A DNA stretch of 62,442 nucleotides, the filler included, from Stramenopiles sp. TOSAG23-3 (Eukaryota): assembly GCA_900128585.1 (NCBI GenBank). It is 6 parts of 6 records of this genome, joined end to end, with 100 filler letters (N's around TTAATTAATTAA, not from the genome) between each part and the next. Parts side by side here need not be neighbours in the genome. Positions count along the whole stretch, not along the records: positions 1 to 14,596 come from LT642555.1; positions 14,697 to 29,267 come from LT642556.1; 4 more parts are not named here. One strand, written 5' to 3'. The position numbers were made by a program, and so were the translations under genes. Shown in pieces: positions 11,107-21,663 of the stretch (the first letter of the stretch is position 1; every line of letters starts with the position of its first letter). Under the pieces are notes generated by a model. The model searched no databases, had not been told where the DNA came from, and worked only from the letters and a program-made list of their open reading frames with translations.

Positions 11107-13584
11107 TTACAACATCGATTTCACGCTTGCTACCAAAATGTCCTGAAGTTCGCTACGGGATTTTCCAAAACGTTCAAGACCGTTGTTTTTGCACATTTTT
11201 CGCAATGCGTGATATGTCTTATTCGATAACGAATCGGCAAATCTACTTGCGTACTTCTCAAAATCCCCTCCGGCATCTTTTAAAAGTGCAGCACAGCGGT
11301 CTGTAAGCATCTGTGAAGTGGTGGAATCATATTCCTCTCCCGCTTTTGAAGTCTCTGTGACAAAAATGTTGGTCCGACGAACTGTTCCACATGATAGTTG
11401 GTCTATCCTGTGAAGCTGTAACAATGCTTTTAATTGCAACAGGGGCTTCTTTAATGCTGATGCAACATCAAAAGCAAGCTCGTGTACTTGAGTTTGGTCT
11501 ACGTTCATCGGCATCAACTCCTCGACCAATTTCCACGCTTCTCCTAATGGGTCGTTGACAGCAAACAACTTGTTGCCGTTCAAATCCTCATTTCGCTTTT
11601 CATCTCTTTCGTCTGGCGTTTTCCCCTCCTTTTCTTTCTCCTCCTTTTCTTTCTCAATTTTTTTGATTGTTTCTTGTTCCTCCGCTGCGAACCGTTTCAC
11701 CAAGGGTGCCTTTTCTTCTGCAGATAGTTTGCCAATTTCCAAGTATACACGAGCTTTCCCAATCGCCGCCCGTTGAAAGAACTTATCTTTACACTTTTGG
11801 TTTGTAAGCCGTAGCATACCCAAATACGAGCGGATTGTTGTTTTTCTTAAACAGTACATGTGGAAATCAAATTGGTTATCCCAAAACTCGTGAAAATGCT
11901 TGTGAATATCATTATACCGTCGTAGTGCCATGGCAAAATTTTTCTCTCTTGAATGGCTATCTGCTTCCTCCAACTCTTGCCACATTACTTGCATGTAGTA
12001 AACCTGGGCAACTGGGTCATTTTCGTGCTTAGTGAACAGGCCAGCGGTTTCATGGGCTTCTTCAACACGATTATGGCGCATAAGATATTTTACGTGTTTG
12101 GTATTGATGTAGCGGTCTTGCAGATCAATTTCTCTGGCATGATTTAAACTCTCGACCGCACCTTCTTGATCACCCATGTGTTTTTGGATATGGCCCTTCA
12201 GTTGGTATAACTCTAGTATTGTTGGTGTGTGCTCAATACCGTCCTTTACGAGAGAAATAGCACCATCGTAATCCCCGACCAAATCGTGGCACTTTGCCGC
12301 AAAAATTATAGCCCACACAAATACTTGGGGGTTCATCTTTTTAGCATCTGTCTCCCCTGGAAACGTGAGATCTGTGCGCAGTTGCTGTACAATTGCATCT
12401 GCAATTTTTACAACACCTTCAGACCGCTCTTTGTCGAGGCAGAAAGTCGGTTTAATGTCAGAAAACAGAGACGGCACGCCGCGCTTTACTCGCGATTTTA
12501 TGTAACGTTCAACCGCAACCATGTACTCAGGAGTCGGAAGAAAAGACAAAGGGATTCTCTGACACGCGTTGGTCTTTGGAAACTCCTTATCCCACTTGAA
12601 ATAAAGATTTTTCAACTTTTCCAGGCGCGCATCGTTGGCATCAGAGTCTTCACAAGGAAAACTGCACCCGCCAACAACTATTTCATTCTGCTCGAAAACG
12701 GCGGCGTGGATGCCTCTGTGGAACTCGTAATTTTCTGGATTGGATCGCACAAGGCGCAGAAAATCTCTAGCTGCCTCTCGAAATTTGCCTACCCGCAACA
12801 AAAGTTCGCCCCTTTTCCTCAAGAAACTTTCGCGATCGCGTACAAGGCTGTCATTGTCTTGAAGGCACAAAAGCGCGTTTTCGTAATCACCTTTCTCTTC
12901 GAGTATCAGCGCCCTCAGCATGGTAAGCTCAGAGTCTGCATAATCAGGCTTTCTTGATTTTTCAAGGGTCTCCAAGTACTGGTCGATGACCCCAAGGGCG
13001 ACATCATAGTGTCGGCTCAAGTGATGGGCCACCGCAAACCCCACCCAGTTAGCTTTGTAGCCTGGTTTGTGCGACAACATTTGCCTTCGACTTTCACACA
13101 GTTTTTCATAGCTTCCGAGCTGAACCTGTAGCAGTGCCAAATCGCGCAAGATGTTCTGGTTGGTGTTCTGGATGCGCAAGGCATTTTGGTAGCATTTCAT
13201 GGCTTGCTCGTAGTTGAATTCAGCTCGGTGTAATAGCCCGTACACGTGCCAGCATACGTGAGATTTCATGTTGTGCCTTAACCCTAGCTTTGTGAGCTCA
13301 AACCCTTCTTCCTTTTTGTTCAAGCCTACGCCGAACGCAAGCCCTTTCATAGCCAGGGTTTCTCCATTGTCGGGGACTCGTTTGAGAATTTGGTCACACA
13401 GCTTGATGCATTTCTTGTAATTTTTACTATCATAATTCTTTATCACTAGATCAAACAAATTTTTCTCGCGAGATGGCAACACTTGAGAAGTTTTCGCTGG
13501 AACTTTGGCTTTCGTATTGCCTCCAGTCGAAGGGGCCACGGGCGCGGCCTTTGCCTTCTTTTTACCCTTCTTCTTTTTTGGCAT
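11107..13584 (-). CDS. NAA15: NatA N-terminal acetyltransferase auxiliary subunit (TPR)
   Basis: LPSREKNLF..VIKNYD.KNYKK, GETLAMKGL, KSHVCWHVYGLL, IEHTPTILELY, DLQDRYIN.K, QFDFHMYCLRK are hallmark NAA15/Nat1 motifs. Confidence 0.96.
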   Translation of the reverse strand: MPKKKKGKKKAKAAPVAPSTGGNTKAKVPAKTSQVLPSREKNLFDLVIKNYDSKNYKKCIKLCDQILKRVPDNGETLAMKGLAFGVGLNKKEEGFELTKLGLRHNMKSHVCWHVYGLLHRAEFNYEQAMKCYQNALRIQNTNQNILRDLALLQVQLGSYEKLCESRRQMLSHKPGYKANWVGFAVAHHLSRHYDVALGVIDQYLETLEKSRKPDYADSELTMLRALILEEKGDYENALLCLQDNDSLVRDRESFLRKRGELLLRVGKFREAARDFLRLVRSNPENYEFHRGIHAAVFEQNEIVVGGCSFPCEDSDANDARLEKLKNLYFKWDKEFPKTNACQRIPLSFLPTPEYMVAVERYIKSRVKRGVPSLFSDIKPTFCLDKERSEGVVKIADAIVQQLRTDLTFPGETDAKKMNPQVFVWAIIFAAKCHDLVGDYDGAISLVKDGIEHTPTILELYQLKGHIQKHMGDQEGAVESLNHAREIDLQDRYINTKHVKYLMRHNRVEEAHETAGLFTKHENDPVAQVYYMQVMWQELEEADSHSREKNFAMALRRYNDIHKHFHEFWDNQFDFHMYCLRKTTIRSYLGMLRLTNQKCKDKFFQRAAIGKARVYLEIGKLSAEEKAPLVKRFAAEEQETIKKIEKEKEEKEKEGKTPDERDEKRNEDLNGNKLFAVNDPLGEAWKLVEELMPMNVDQTQVHELAFDVASALKKPLLQLKALLQLHRIDQLSCGTVRRTNIFVTETSKAGEEYDSTTSQMLTDRCAALLKDAGGDFEKYASRFADSLSNKTYHALRKMCKNNGLERFGKSRSELQDILVASVKSML

Positions 13585-14596
13585 TGGTTACGAGCGTACT
13601 TTTACAACTAGGGTCGTTTCAACAATTAAAATTGTAATATTCGAGAGTTATATCGAAATAATCACAAACAATATCACTTTCGGTCATTTTCAAGAAAACA
13701 TTAATCAAATGTCAATTTCTATTCTAAAATATATTTTTGTAGTGTGTGGTTGAGCTGAAATACGTCCGTCGTCGGGTGTTGTCGGGTCGGGTCGGTTTGT
13801 TGTTCCTTTTCTCTTTATTATTATTATTATTATTCTTCTTTTATTATTATTCTCTTTTATTATTATTCCTTTTATAATTATTATTTTTGTTTTTGTTTGT
13901 TTGATGTCGCTATAATAATATAATTTTATTATTATTATATCTATAGCAGCTAATAGGAGGATGTTAAAATATCAAATTATAATTAATAAAGCAAAATGAC
14001 TTCAGTTGTACTCTTAATGAAATTAGTATAGAGAATTAATAGCAAAGCCCATGGGTTGAATTTCTTATTAAAACCAGCTTATTACAATGCTGTATACCTC
14101 CACTATATTTTATATAGAATCGTCTAGTATTAATTATAATATACAATTAAATAAAACTAAAAAACTTTGTAGTCCTACTACATGTTATTATTTCTCATCG
14201 TAGTAAATATAAAACTAGTGTACGTTCATTATACCTATTATATCAAAACTAGCTCTGTTTTTTCTTCTTTGTTCTTTTAGAATATTAAGGTAACAATTAC
14301 GATAAATATTTATTAGTTAAATACTAACTATATTATACGTAGACTAAATAATATAACTAAATACAGTACGTAATAAACGCCTTACTATTGAAACTACATC
14401 GCGATTCCGAAAAGTCAAAATTGGTGGCTGTAAGGAGCTCTCTTTGATGTAGTAATTTAAATACTGATATCAAATAGGTAAATATAAAAATAAAACATAA
14501 CTTTAGCACTGCAACAATTGAATAATTACTATTTTAAATGTACATATTGATTCTATTAAAACTGTATTTCCTATACTTTACAATGTACGATGAAAA

Positions 14597-14696
14597 NNNN
14601 NNNNNNNNNNNNNNNNNNNNNNNNNNNNNNNNNNNNNNNNTTAATTAATTAANNNNNNNNNNNNNNNNNNNNNNNNNNNNNNNNNNNNNNNNNNNN
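14597..14696. other. Artificial contig spacer with six-frame stop
   Basis: 44 N + TTAATTAATTAA (14641-14652) + 44 N. Confidence 0.97.
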
Positions 14697-15248
14697 CGTC
14701 GTTAATTTTCTAAAGAAAATTTATAAAAAATTATATTTGAACTTTCTTCTTCTTTTCCTGGTTGTTGTTGTTGTTGTTCTTATATTTATTCTAGTCGTCT
14801 GTTGTTTGTTGTATGTTGTTTGTTCATAATTCCAATATAATCAATCCTCCCTCCCTCCTCCTCAGTTTTTTTATTTAAATGGTTCATGATGATACGACGA
14901 TTGAGGCATTGTTGCTGTGTTGTTCCTACATTATTTTTTATTATAATGTATTATTATGGGCGGGCGCTGGACGGAGGAGGAGGGAAGAGGGGAGAGGAGA
15001 GGAGCACGGAGCGCTGAAGAAGAATGAAGCAGAGCGCCGCCGCCGCCGCTGGTGGTTGTTTTTTTTTTTTTTTATAAAAAAATTTATTATTATTATATTA
15101 CTGTATGTATTATAATAATATTAAATTTAAACTTTAGATCCAAAATCTTTAGAAGTAAGCATCTGGTTTTATTTCATTGATTTAAATTTAAAGTATCTGA
15201 AACTTGGACTCGAAAGCAACCGACCGTAACCAAAACCTTTGATCCATA

Positions 15249-16589
15249 ATGTTCTTTAGCCCGACAAGCAATACCCCTGTGGGATACTCAAACCCGCAGC
15301 AGCAAAAGACCACGCTGATCTGTGACTTGCCTAACGGATGCCCCCCCCTTGTTCTCAATGTTCCCAGTATGATCAGCGTCGACCAGGCACTTATTGAAAT
15401 AAAAAGAAAGTCTGATTCGTATTATGCATCAAAACCTTTGCCGGTCCCAACTAAATTAAAGATGCAAGTCCGGGTAACGGACGAAATTATCGCAAACGTG
15501 TTCGGGGATGACTTGGTTGGTGAGGTGTTTCAAACCAACCCGGCCTCGTGCGTCGTTGCCCTGGCTGAACCCGTGGGGAAAAAGAGAAAAGCGGCCAAAT
15601 CGCCTGCCCCGGCACCGGCAAAGAAATCCAAAACCAACAGCGATAGTAGCTCTTCTGCGGTAGTCGAGAAATCGGTAGAAAAGTCGCCAAAGAAAAAGAA
15701 GAAAGGTAGTACAAAAAAAGTCGTCGTGGACAGCGACAATAGCAGCGGTTCCGATGATGCGGAAACTCCAAAAGTTGTGGTGGCAAAAGCAAAGAAGGTT
15801 CGAAAAAAGTTAGCTCGTTCGAAATCAGCTTATTTGTTCTTTTGCGACGCTATGCGACCGAAAATGAAGGGCGCTGGGAAAGACCTCGCTCGTCAAATGG
15901 GAGCGGCATGGAGGGAGTTGTCGGAGAAGGACCGAAAACCGTACGACACGAAAGCAGCCAAGGCAAAGGCAGCTTTACAAAAAAAGCAGAAAGCAGAAGC
16001 GTTGCAGACTGCGGAAGAGGTCGGCAGTAAAGAAGCCACCGCCCCTGCGCCCAGCGAAACGGCCGGCAGCAAAGACGCCAGCGCTTCTGCGCCCAGCGAA
16101 AAGGTCGCGAAAAAGGTGCGAAAAAAAAAGAAGCCGAAGGACCCTAATGCCCCCCCTAAACCGCAAATACCATTCTTGAGATTCAACAGGGAAGTTCAAG
16201 CCGAGAGAAGTGCGGGAAATAAACTGACTCCAAAAGAAGTAAGTGCGTTGTGGAAATCGGAAGACTCGGCTGGGAGAAGAAAACGGCTGGAAGACATATC
16301 AGCAAAAGAAATGAAAACATGGAAGGTGGCAATGGCCAAATATACAGCACAAAAGGAAGGCGAATCGACGGAAGATGCACCAGCTCCAAAGGAACAGAAG
16401 AAAGCCTCAAAAAAGAAGAAAACACCAGCCAAACAAAAACCCAGTAAAGAAATGAGTGGCAAAAGTACACCAAAACCAGCGAAGAAAAACAAAGCGGCAA
16501 ACCCCATTACTGAAACACCAAAACCGGCAGGGAAAAAAGCCAAGAAAAAGAAATCAAAGTCTTCTAAAAAGAAAAAAGAGTTAAATTAA
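15249..16589 (+). CDS. Double HMG-box protein with Lys-rich tails (446 aa)
   Basis: HMG1 ARSKSAYLFFCDAMR...MGAAWRELSEKDRKPY; HMG2 KKKPKDPNAPPKPQIPFLRF...VSALWK. Confidence 0.88.
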   Translation: MFFSPTSNTPVGYSNPQQQKTTLICDLPNGCPPLVLNVPSMISVDQALIEIKRKSDSYYASKPLPVPTKLKMQVRVTDEIIANVFGDDLVGEVFQTNPASCVVALAEPVGKKRKAAKSPAPAPAKKSKTNSDSSSSAVVEKSVEKSPKKKKKGSTKKVVVDSDNSSGSDDAETPKVVVAKAKKVRKKLARSKSAYLFFCDAMRPKMKGAGKDLARQMGAAWRELSEKDRKPYDTKAAKAKAALQKKQKAEALQTAEEVGSKEATAPAPSETAGSKDASASAPSEKVAKKVRKKKKPKDPNAPPKPQIPFLRFNREVQAERSAGNKLTPKEVSALWKSEDSAGRRKRLEDISAKEMKTWKVAMAKYTAQKEGESTEDAPAPKEQKKASKKKKTPAKQKPSKEMSGKSTPKPAKKNKAANPITETPKPAGKKAKKKKSKSSKKKKELN

Positions 16590-16901
16590 AAGATGAAGAC
16601 AGACGCTCGCACGCCTAAAAGAAGGGAGTTTTAAAATACCTTCTTAATAATCATTAATTTAGCTAGCTAATTTTAAAAATATGATGCAAAAACAAATTTA
16701 ATTTAGTCTTTTAGTGTAAATGGTATTATTACACCGTAATTTAAAAACAAGAAAATTGGCTGGTTATTTTCAATTAATTTAAAATTAATGTGTACTGCGA
16801 TTCTCCTAATCAATATTTATAACAGCCAAATTTTTCGTTCTTTTATAATAATACGGTTCTTAAAAATAAAAGTTTAAGAGAGTCGAGTCTTTAATTTCAT
16901 G

Positions 16902-19166
16902 TCACAATTTCTTTCGCAAAAGCACGCGCATGTCAGACGAGTTTTGCTTCTCCTTCTCATACGTTTGGTGGCGTTTCTCTTCCGATTGTTCTTCTTCGGT
17001 CATCAACTCCCATATATCGTCGTCAAAGAACGATGCTCGCTGCTCGTATAATGCATTCTCGAACGATTGTTTGTTCCGCTTTTCCAGCTTTTGTTGCAGA
17101 ACACGATGTTTTCTAAATTCTTTTAGAGCTTGTCGTTTGGATGCAATAAGCGTTCTTTCATGGGCTACAGATCGGTGGTGAACACCCTCGTAGACGACAG
17201 GGTCAAAGTCGCTTCGGTGTTTGTGTGAATAATATGCAACGGGCCATAGAATGGACCCCTTTGGTGCGGCAACGTGCAGTCCTAGCCCTTGGATTCGGCC
17301 TTGCTTCCACGGCCCACCGAGTGATTCCGAAAGATGGAAGTCTTTTGTGTTCCTATCGCCACCAGCTGCAAGGCGCTCCCCGTACCACTCCGTGCCATAA
17401 CCTTGCCGAACGCCGTCTCGATAGTATCCTTCAAAGCGCCATTCTTCGTTGTGCCCCTTTCCATTATTCCACAACTTCTGGGCAACGATCGCCTTCCGCG
17501 TCCGTCCCATTTTTCTGCTCGCTAGAGCATAATCCCGGGCTATCCGCTTTGACAATGGGACATCTTTCTTGTCTTTCCCTTCAATTTCAACCCACGTAAA
17601 ATCTTTTTCCTCTTCTGTTAATTCTTGGAGCACAACCCAAGAAGGGTACTTGCCCGCGACTTGCGCGGTGTCAGTTTTCTCTTTGCCTCCGGCCCCGCAT
17701 ATTCTTCCGTGCATAACGCCGTTCTCAAAGTCTCCTTCATAGTACGACCCATCCGGCAGTGTTAGCTTTCCCACGCCATGGGGTAAGTCCATTTTGAATT
17801 CGCCTTCATACTTAATATTATCTGCTTTCTTCCATGTCCCAAATCCTTCCAACATGCCGTCCACAAAATCGCCTTCTTTTGTGTCCCCGTTCACATCCTC
17901 GTACTTTCCTTTCCCGAACGGTTTTCCGTTGAGAAATGCACCCGTGTATACCGACCCGTCCCCAAATTGGTACCTGCCATTGTTTCCATGCCACAGGCTA
18001 TTCCCGTACCTAATTCTGCTGTTGCTGTTCCCGATAGCACTTTGCGGCTTCAACACACACTCGCCATCGTACAAATCCCCGTTCGATAATGTAAAATGGC
18101 CATGCCCATACCGTCTTCCTTCGTCGTGATCGCCTTCGTAGACCCAGCTATAACGGGTGCATTTACCGTGCCCGTGCTTAACACCATATTTCCACCCTCC
18201 GCGGTAAAAGTAATTTGGAGTAACACGGACAGGCCCTTCGAACACAAGCCCACCTGTGCCTTCCCGGTGCCGCACCACACGTGCACGCCTCATGTTTGCA
18301 ATCAAGCCCCTGATTTCGTATTCTTCATCGTGTTCTTCCATTCGCCCATAGACAACAGAGGGCGGCAACGGCGGTGGGTTGCCCCCAGGGCCGCCCGCGT
18401 CGCCCAATGCTAAGTTGTAGTTAGGCCAGTCGTCCATCCGTACGATTTTTGTCGCCAGCTTTCGTTTCTCTTTTGGCAACACTAATTTCCATGTCCATTC
18501 TGCTGAGCTCTTAGATTTTTCATATTTTTCAAGAGTAAATTCCATGGCATCGAACTCACGTTCCACCTCTCTCAATTTCTGCTTCCGCTCCCTTACCTTT
18601 GCTTCCCACATATCTAATTCTGTTGTTAAAAATTCTGCCATTGTCTTGCGCTGAGAAGCGGCTTCTTTCTGCGTCCCCCCATCGGTCTGCATAAAAGGGA
18701 CGTCCTTTAGCTGTCGCTGTACATTGCTTAATTTTGACGTTGCGTCTGCAACTCTTTCCCTTAGTTTTTTTATCCGGGTGACGTTTGATCGCATCCCAGC
18801 GCAAAGCCATGCCTTCAGTGATGCCCTGTCGACATCAATCGGTACATTTTCTACAAATAAGCAACTTCCACCCATGTAGTTTGGGTCGTCTTCAGGATCA
18901 ATGGGTATTTCCGTCTTCAAAAAATTTACAATGTAGTATTCAAATGGTTTGGCTTTAAGTTCCCAAACCCACTGTTCAGGGTAATATGCTTCGCTGAAGG
19001 TATCCAAAAGCAATTCAACATTGCAATTAAAAAGCCTATTTATATGGACGGGGTGCAGTTTGTTTCGGGGAACGCGCATAAACGAGGATGGTTTGTCTTT
19101 AAAGCCTATGCGAATCATGTGCTTCTTCATATTTGTCGGGGGGGGGTTGTCATCTGCGTCCGCCAT
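16902..19166 (-). CDS. MORN-repeat protein with N-terminal coiled coil (754 aa)
   Basis: About ten YxGxF/WxxGxxHGxG repeats (YEGEFKMDLPHGVG, YTGAFLNGKPFGKG). Confidence 0.88.
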   Translation of the reverse strand: MADADDNPPPTNMKKHMIRIGFKDKPSSFMRVPRNKLHPVHINRLFNCNVELLLDTFSEAYYPEQWVWELKAKPFEYYIVNFLKTEIPIDPEDDPNYMGGSCLFVENVPIDVDRASLKAWLCAGMRSNVTRIKKLRERVADATSKLSNVQRQLKDVPFMQTDGGTQKEAASQRKTMAEFLTTELDMWEAKVRERKQKLREVEREFDAMEFTLEKYEKSKSSAEWTWKLVLPKEKRKLATKIVRMDDWPNYNLALGDAGGPGGNPPPLPPSVVYGRMEEHDEEYEIRGLIANMRRARVVRHREGTGGLVFEGPVRVTPNYFYRGGWKYGVKHGHGKCTRYSWVYEGDHDEGRRYGHGHFTLSNGDLYDGECVLKPQSAIGNSNSRIRYGNSLWHGNNGRYQFGDGSVYTGAFLNGKPFGKGKYEDVNGDTKEGDFVDGMLEGFGTWKKADNIKYEGEFKMDLPHGVGKLTLPDGSYYEGDFENGVMHGRICGAGGKEKTDTAQVAGKYPSWVVLQELTEEEKDFTWVEIEGKDKKDVPLSKRIARDYALASRKMGRTRKAIVAQKLWNNGKGHNEEWRFEGYYRDGVRQGYGTEWYGERLAAGGDRNTKDFHLSESLGGPWKQGRIQGLGLHVAAPKGSILWPVAYYSHKHRSDFDPVVYEGVHHRSVAHERTLIASKRQALKEFRKHRVLQQKLEKRNKQSFENALYEQRASFFDDDIWELMTEEEQSEEKRHQTYEKEKQNSSDMRVLLRKKL

Positions 19167-20032
19167 GATGATCGTGCAACCTTGTTGTGAACCGAACCGA
19201 ATAGAAAACGGTTTACTGGAGGATTGCGATAGACTCTACGAATTAATTCCCGCGTGCAGCGTGGCTTATTTTGGTGATTAATACCGTGGAGTGATCGTCA
19301 CATAGTGTGGTGCAATTAATCTTCGCTTGTCTCATGTTTTCAATAATAATGATGATATAATAATTACATTTGAAACGTATATTTTTATATTATTATATAT
19401 ATTATAGGAATGAGGAGGAGGGAGAAGAATATATGAAGAGGAAGAATGAGATACAACACACAACCGATTTAATTTTTAAAAAAATGACGACGGTGAGGGT
19501 GAACGAAAGAGGAGAACTATGACTATGACTATGGCTATGGCTATGGCAATGGCATGACCGTTAAAAACTGGAGAACTGGAGGAGAGGGAGGGGGGAAGAA
19601 AGAGAAGTCTTCTTCTTCTTCCTCCTCTTCTTTATTATTCCTCTTCTTTTATTATTATATATACTAATTTAAATACGAACTGTTGCATAGTCTAGAATAT
19701 TATACAAGTATGATGTTATTTATTTAGCATTACGTAGCATAGGGTAAAACATTATTAGTAGCACTATAGATATTACGAGAAGAAGTAGTCGGAAGTACAA
19801 GAACGACGATGGTACTTTATTGAGATGATGAAGAAGTACCATAGTAGCAGATTTTACTCTGGTCTCTGTGGTATAATACTAAAACATGCTTTAGTTCCAC
19901 AGTAGAAGTTTTAAAACTAACAGAGAGGAACAAAAGGCATTTCTAAAGGTAGGCAATCGTGTATGGTTATCTTGTTAAAAAAGCGCGCCATGTAACTAGG
20001 ACGGTTCCTCTCGACATACCGTAGCCGTCAAC

Positions 20033-21301
20033 ATGTTCTCAAAGGAGTCTCGGCCGAAGTTGACGTGGCGTGTCCGTTATGAGGACCAATATCACGCAAT
20101 AGCAATATTTCCTCCCTGCTCCTTTGAGAACATTATCCAACGAATAGAAACGTCTTTTGACATAAAGTGGCCATTTTTGATATTCGATGGGAAAGGTTCT
20201 CCCGCACATTTATCCGACTGCATGGCATCTGGTACGTACACTCTTAAACCAAAGATAGACAAAAATAGGTTTGTTGCCCCAAGGGTAGCTAGTAAGCCAG
20301 TGGACGACGACGCGAAAGGGTTAGAGTCGTTGCCCTCTGTTAAAGAAATCTTGGAAGAGTGGCCGCCATTCTTGGCGACGTCCCATATAATATGGCGCAC
20401 GAGGGAAACGGTGTTCTTGAATTATTACGATACGCATTTGGGAGCAGCAGCCAACGGGCATTTTTTTGTGGTGGCCACAACTTCAGGGGAACCGAGAACA
20501 GTACTGGGGCTGAAAATTTTGTCTAAAGGCGTCCTTGCCAGCATGGTTACGGAGAGGGATCTTGTTCACGAAACATATAAATTAGAAGTAGAGCAATTAA
20601 AACTTGACATAATGGAGGAAAACGAAATGCGATATGGTCCGCCGTTACCAGAGTCGGTGGCATTAAACATGGCCATCGACCAAACCAAGAAGCAACACTC
20701 ATCTGTTGGCAACCGTGGTGAATGGCGTCTGTTAAATAACCCAACCGAGCAGAAGGTTGCGTACCACCAGGAGAGAGAATGTATTGAAATTGAAAAGGCG
20801 GGCCGAAAGTCCGCTTTACAAAAAGTTGTTGTTCGCCTCGCCCAACAGAGAATCGATATAAATCTAGGAAAAGCTTTGAAATTTTTAGTCTTTGAGGGGG
20901 ACCCTTCTGGTGTAGAGACGAAAATGGAGCATTTACATAGTGACCAAAATGAAAGCATGCTGTCTGCAAATGCCACTAAAACAAGCGAAGTCCCTCGGGA
21001 ACACTTTCAGGTTTTGCTCAAACGCCACAGGAATGCTATCGATCGAATTCACTTGAGCACGGCGGAAAGTGACGCTGTACGGGAAAACGCGATGAGAGAA
21101 CTTGAAAAGACGAACTTGCAAATTGCAAAGCGAATGATATGGATGCATCAAGTGGATATTGAAGAAAAGGCCAGGGATGAAAGAATTAAAGCCGAACGGG
21201 AAAATGCAGCAACGTGTATACAAGAGATGTGGAAAGACAAGAAGAAACGAAAACAAAAGAAGGGAAAATCAAAGAAAGGTCGGCAAAGAAAAAAGAAATG
21301 A
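20033..21301 (+). CDS. Hypothetical protein with C-terminal IQ-like motif and basic tail (422 aa)
   Basis: Clean ATG ORF; AATCIQEMWKDKKKRK; N-terminus possibly PB1/ubiquitin-like. Confidence 0.7.
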   Translation: MFSKESRPKLTWRVRYEDQYHAIAIFPPCSFENIIQRIETSFDIKWPFLIFDGKGSPAHLSDCMASGTYTLKPKIDKNRFVAPRVASKPVDDDAKGLESLPSVKEILEEWPPFLATSHIIWRTRETVFLNYYDTHLGAAANGHFFVVATTSGEPRTVLGLKILSKGVLASMVTERDLVHETYKLEVEQLKLDIMEENEMRYGPPLPESVALNMAIDQTKKQHSSVGNRGEWRLLNNPTEQKVAYHQERECIEIEKAGRKSALQKVVVRLAQQRIDINLGKALKFLVFEGDPSGVETKMEHLHSDQNESMLSANATKTSEVPREHFQVLLKRHRNAIDRIHLSTAESDAVRENAMRELEKTNLQIAKRMIWMHQVDIEEKARDERIKAERENAATCIQEMWKDKKKRKQKKGKSKKGRQRKKK

Positions 21302-21663
21302 AGGATTATTGAAGAAAGAGAAGAGTCGTCTTGTATTTCTACTATTAGCAGAAGGCAGCGCGCACAGCATGATGAATATTATTAATAAATAATAAAATAA
21401 TTATAATATATTATTTGTTTTTCAACACACAACACCAACCAGCAGCAACATCCAAAAAACGAACCAACAACAACAACTACTACGGAACTCTTCGTCGTCG
21501 GCCGTCGACTGTTTTTGAAAAGCGATCCTGCTACACGTGTGGGTCTAATACGTACTAAAAAAGAAGAAATTGTTTTTGACAAGAGCATGTGTCCCAATTT
21601 TATGGTTACCCCAGGAGAACGCTCGGTTCTTTCTTTGACCAACAATCTCAGTATCGCGACACC

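Noticed and set aside
14641-14652. TTAATTAATTAA as a biological motif (piggyBac TTAA site or conserved element)
   Set aside because: Always centred between two 44-N runs; it is a synthetic six-frame stop linker
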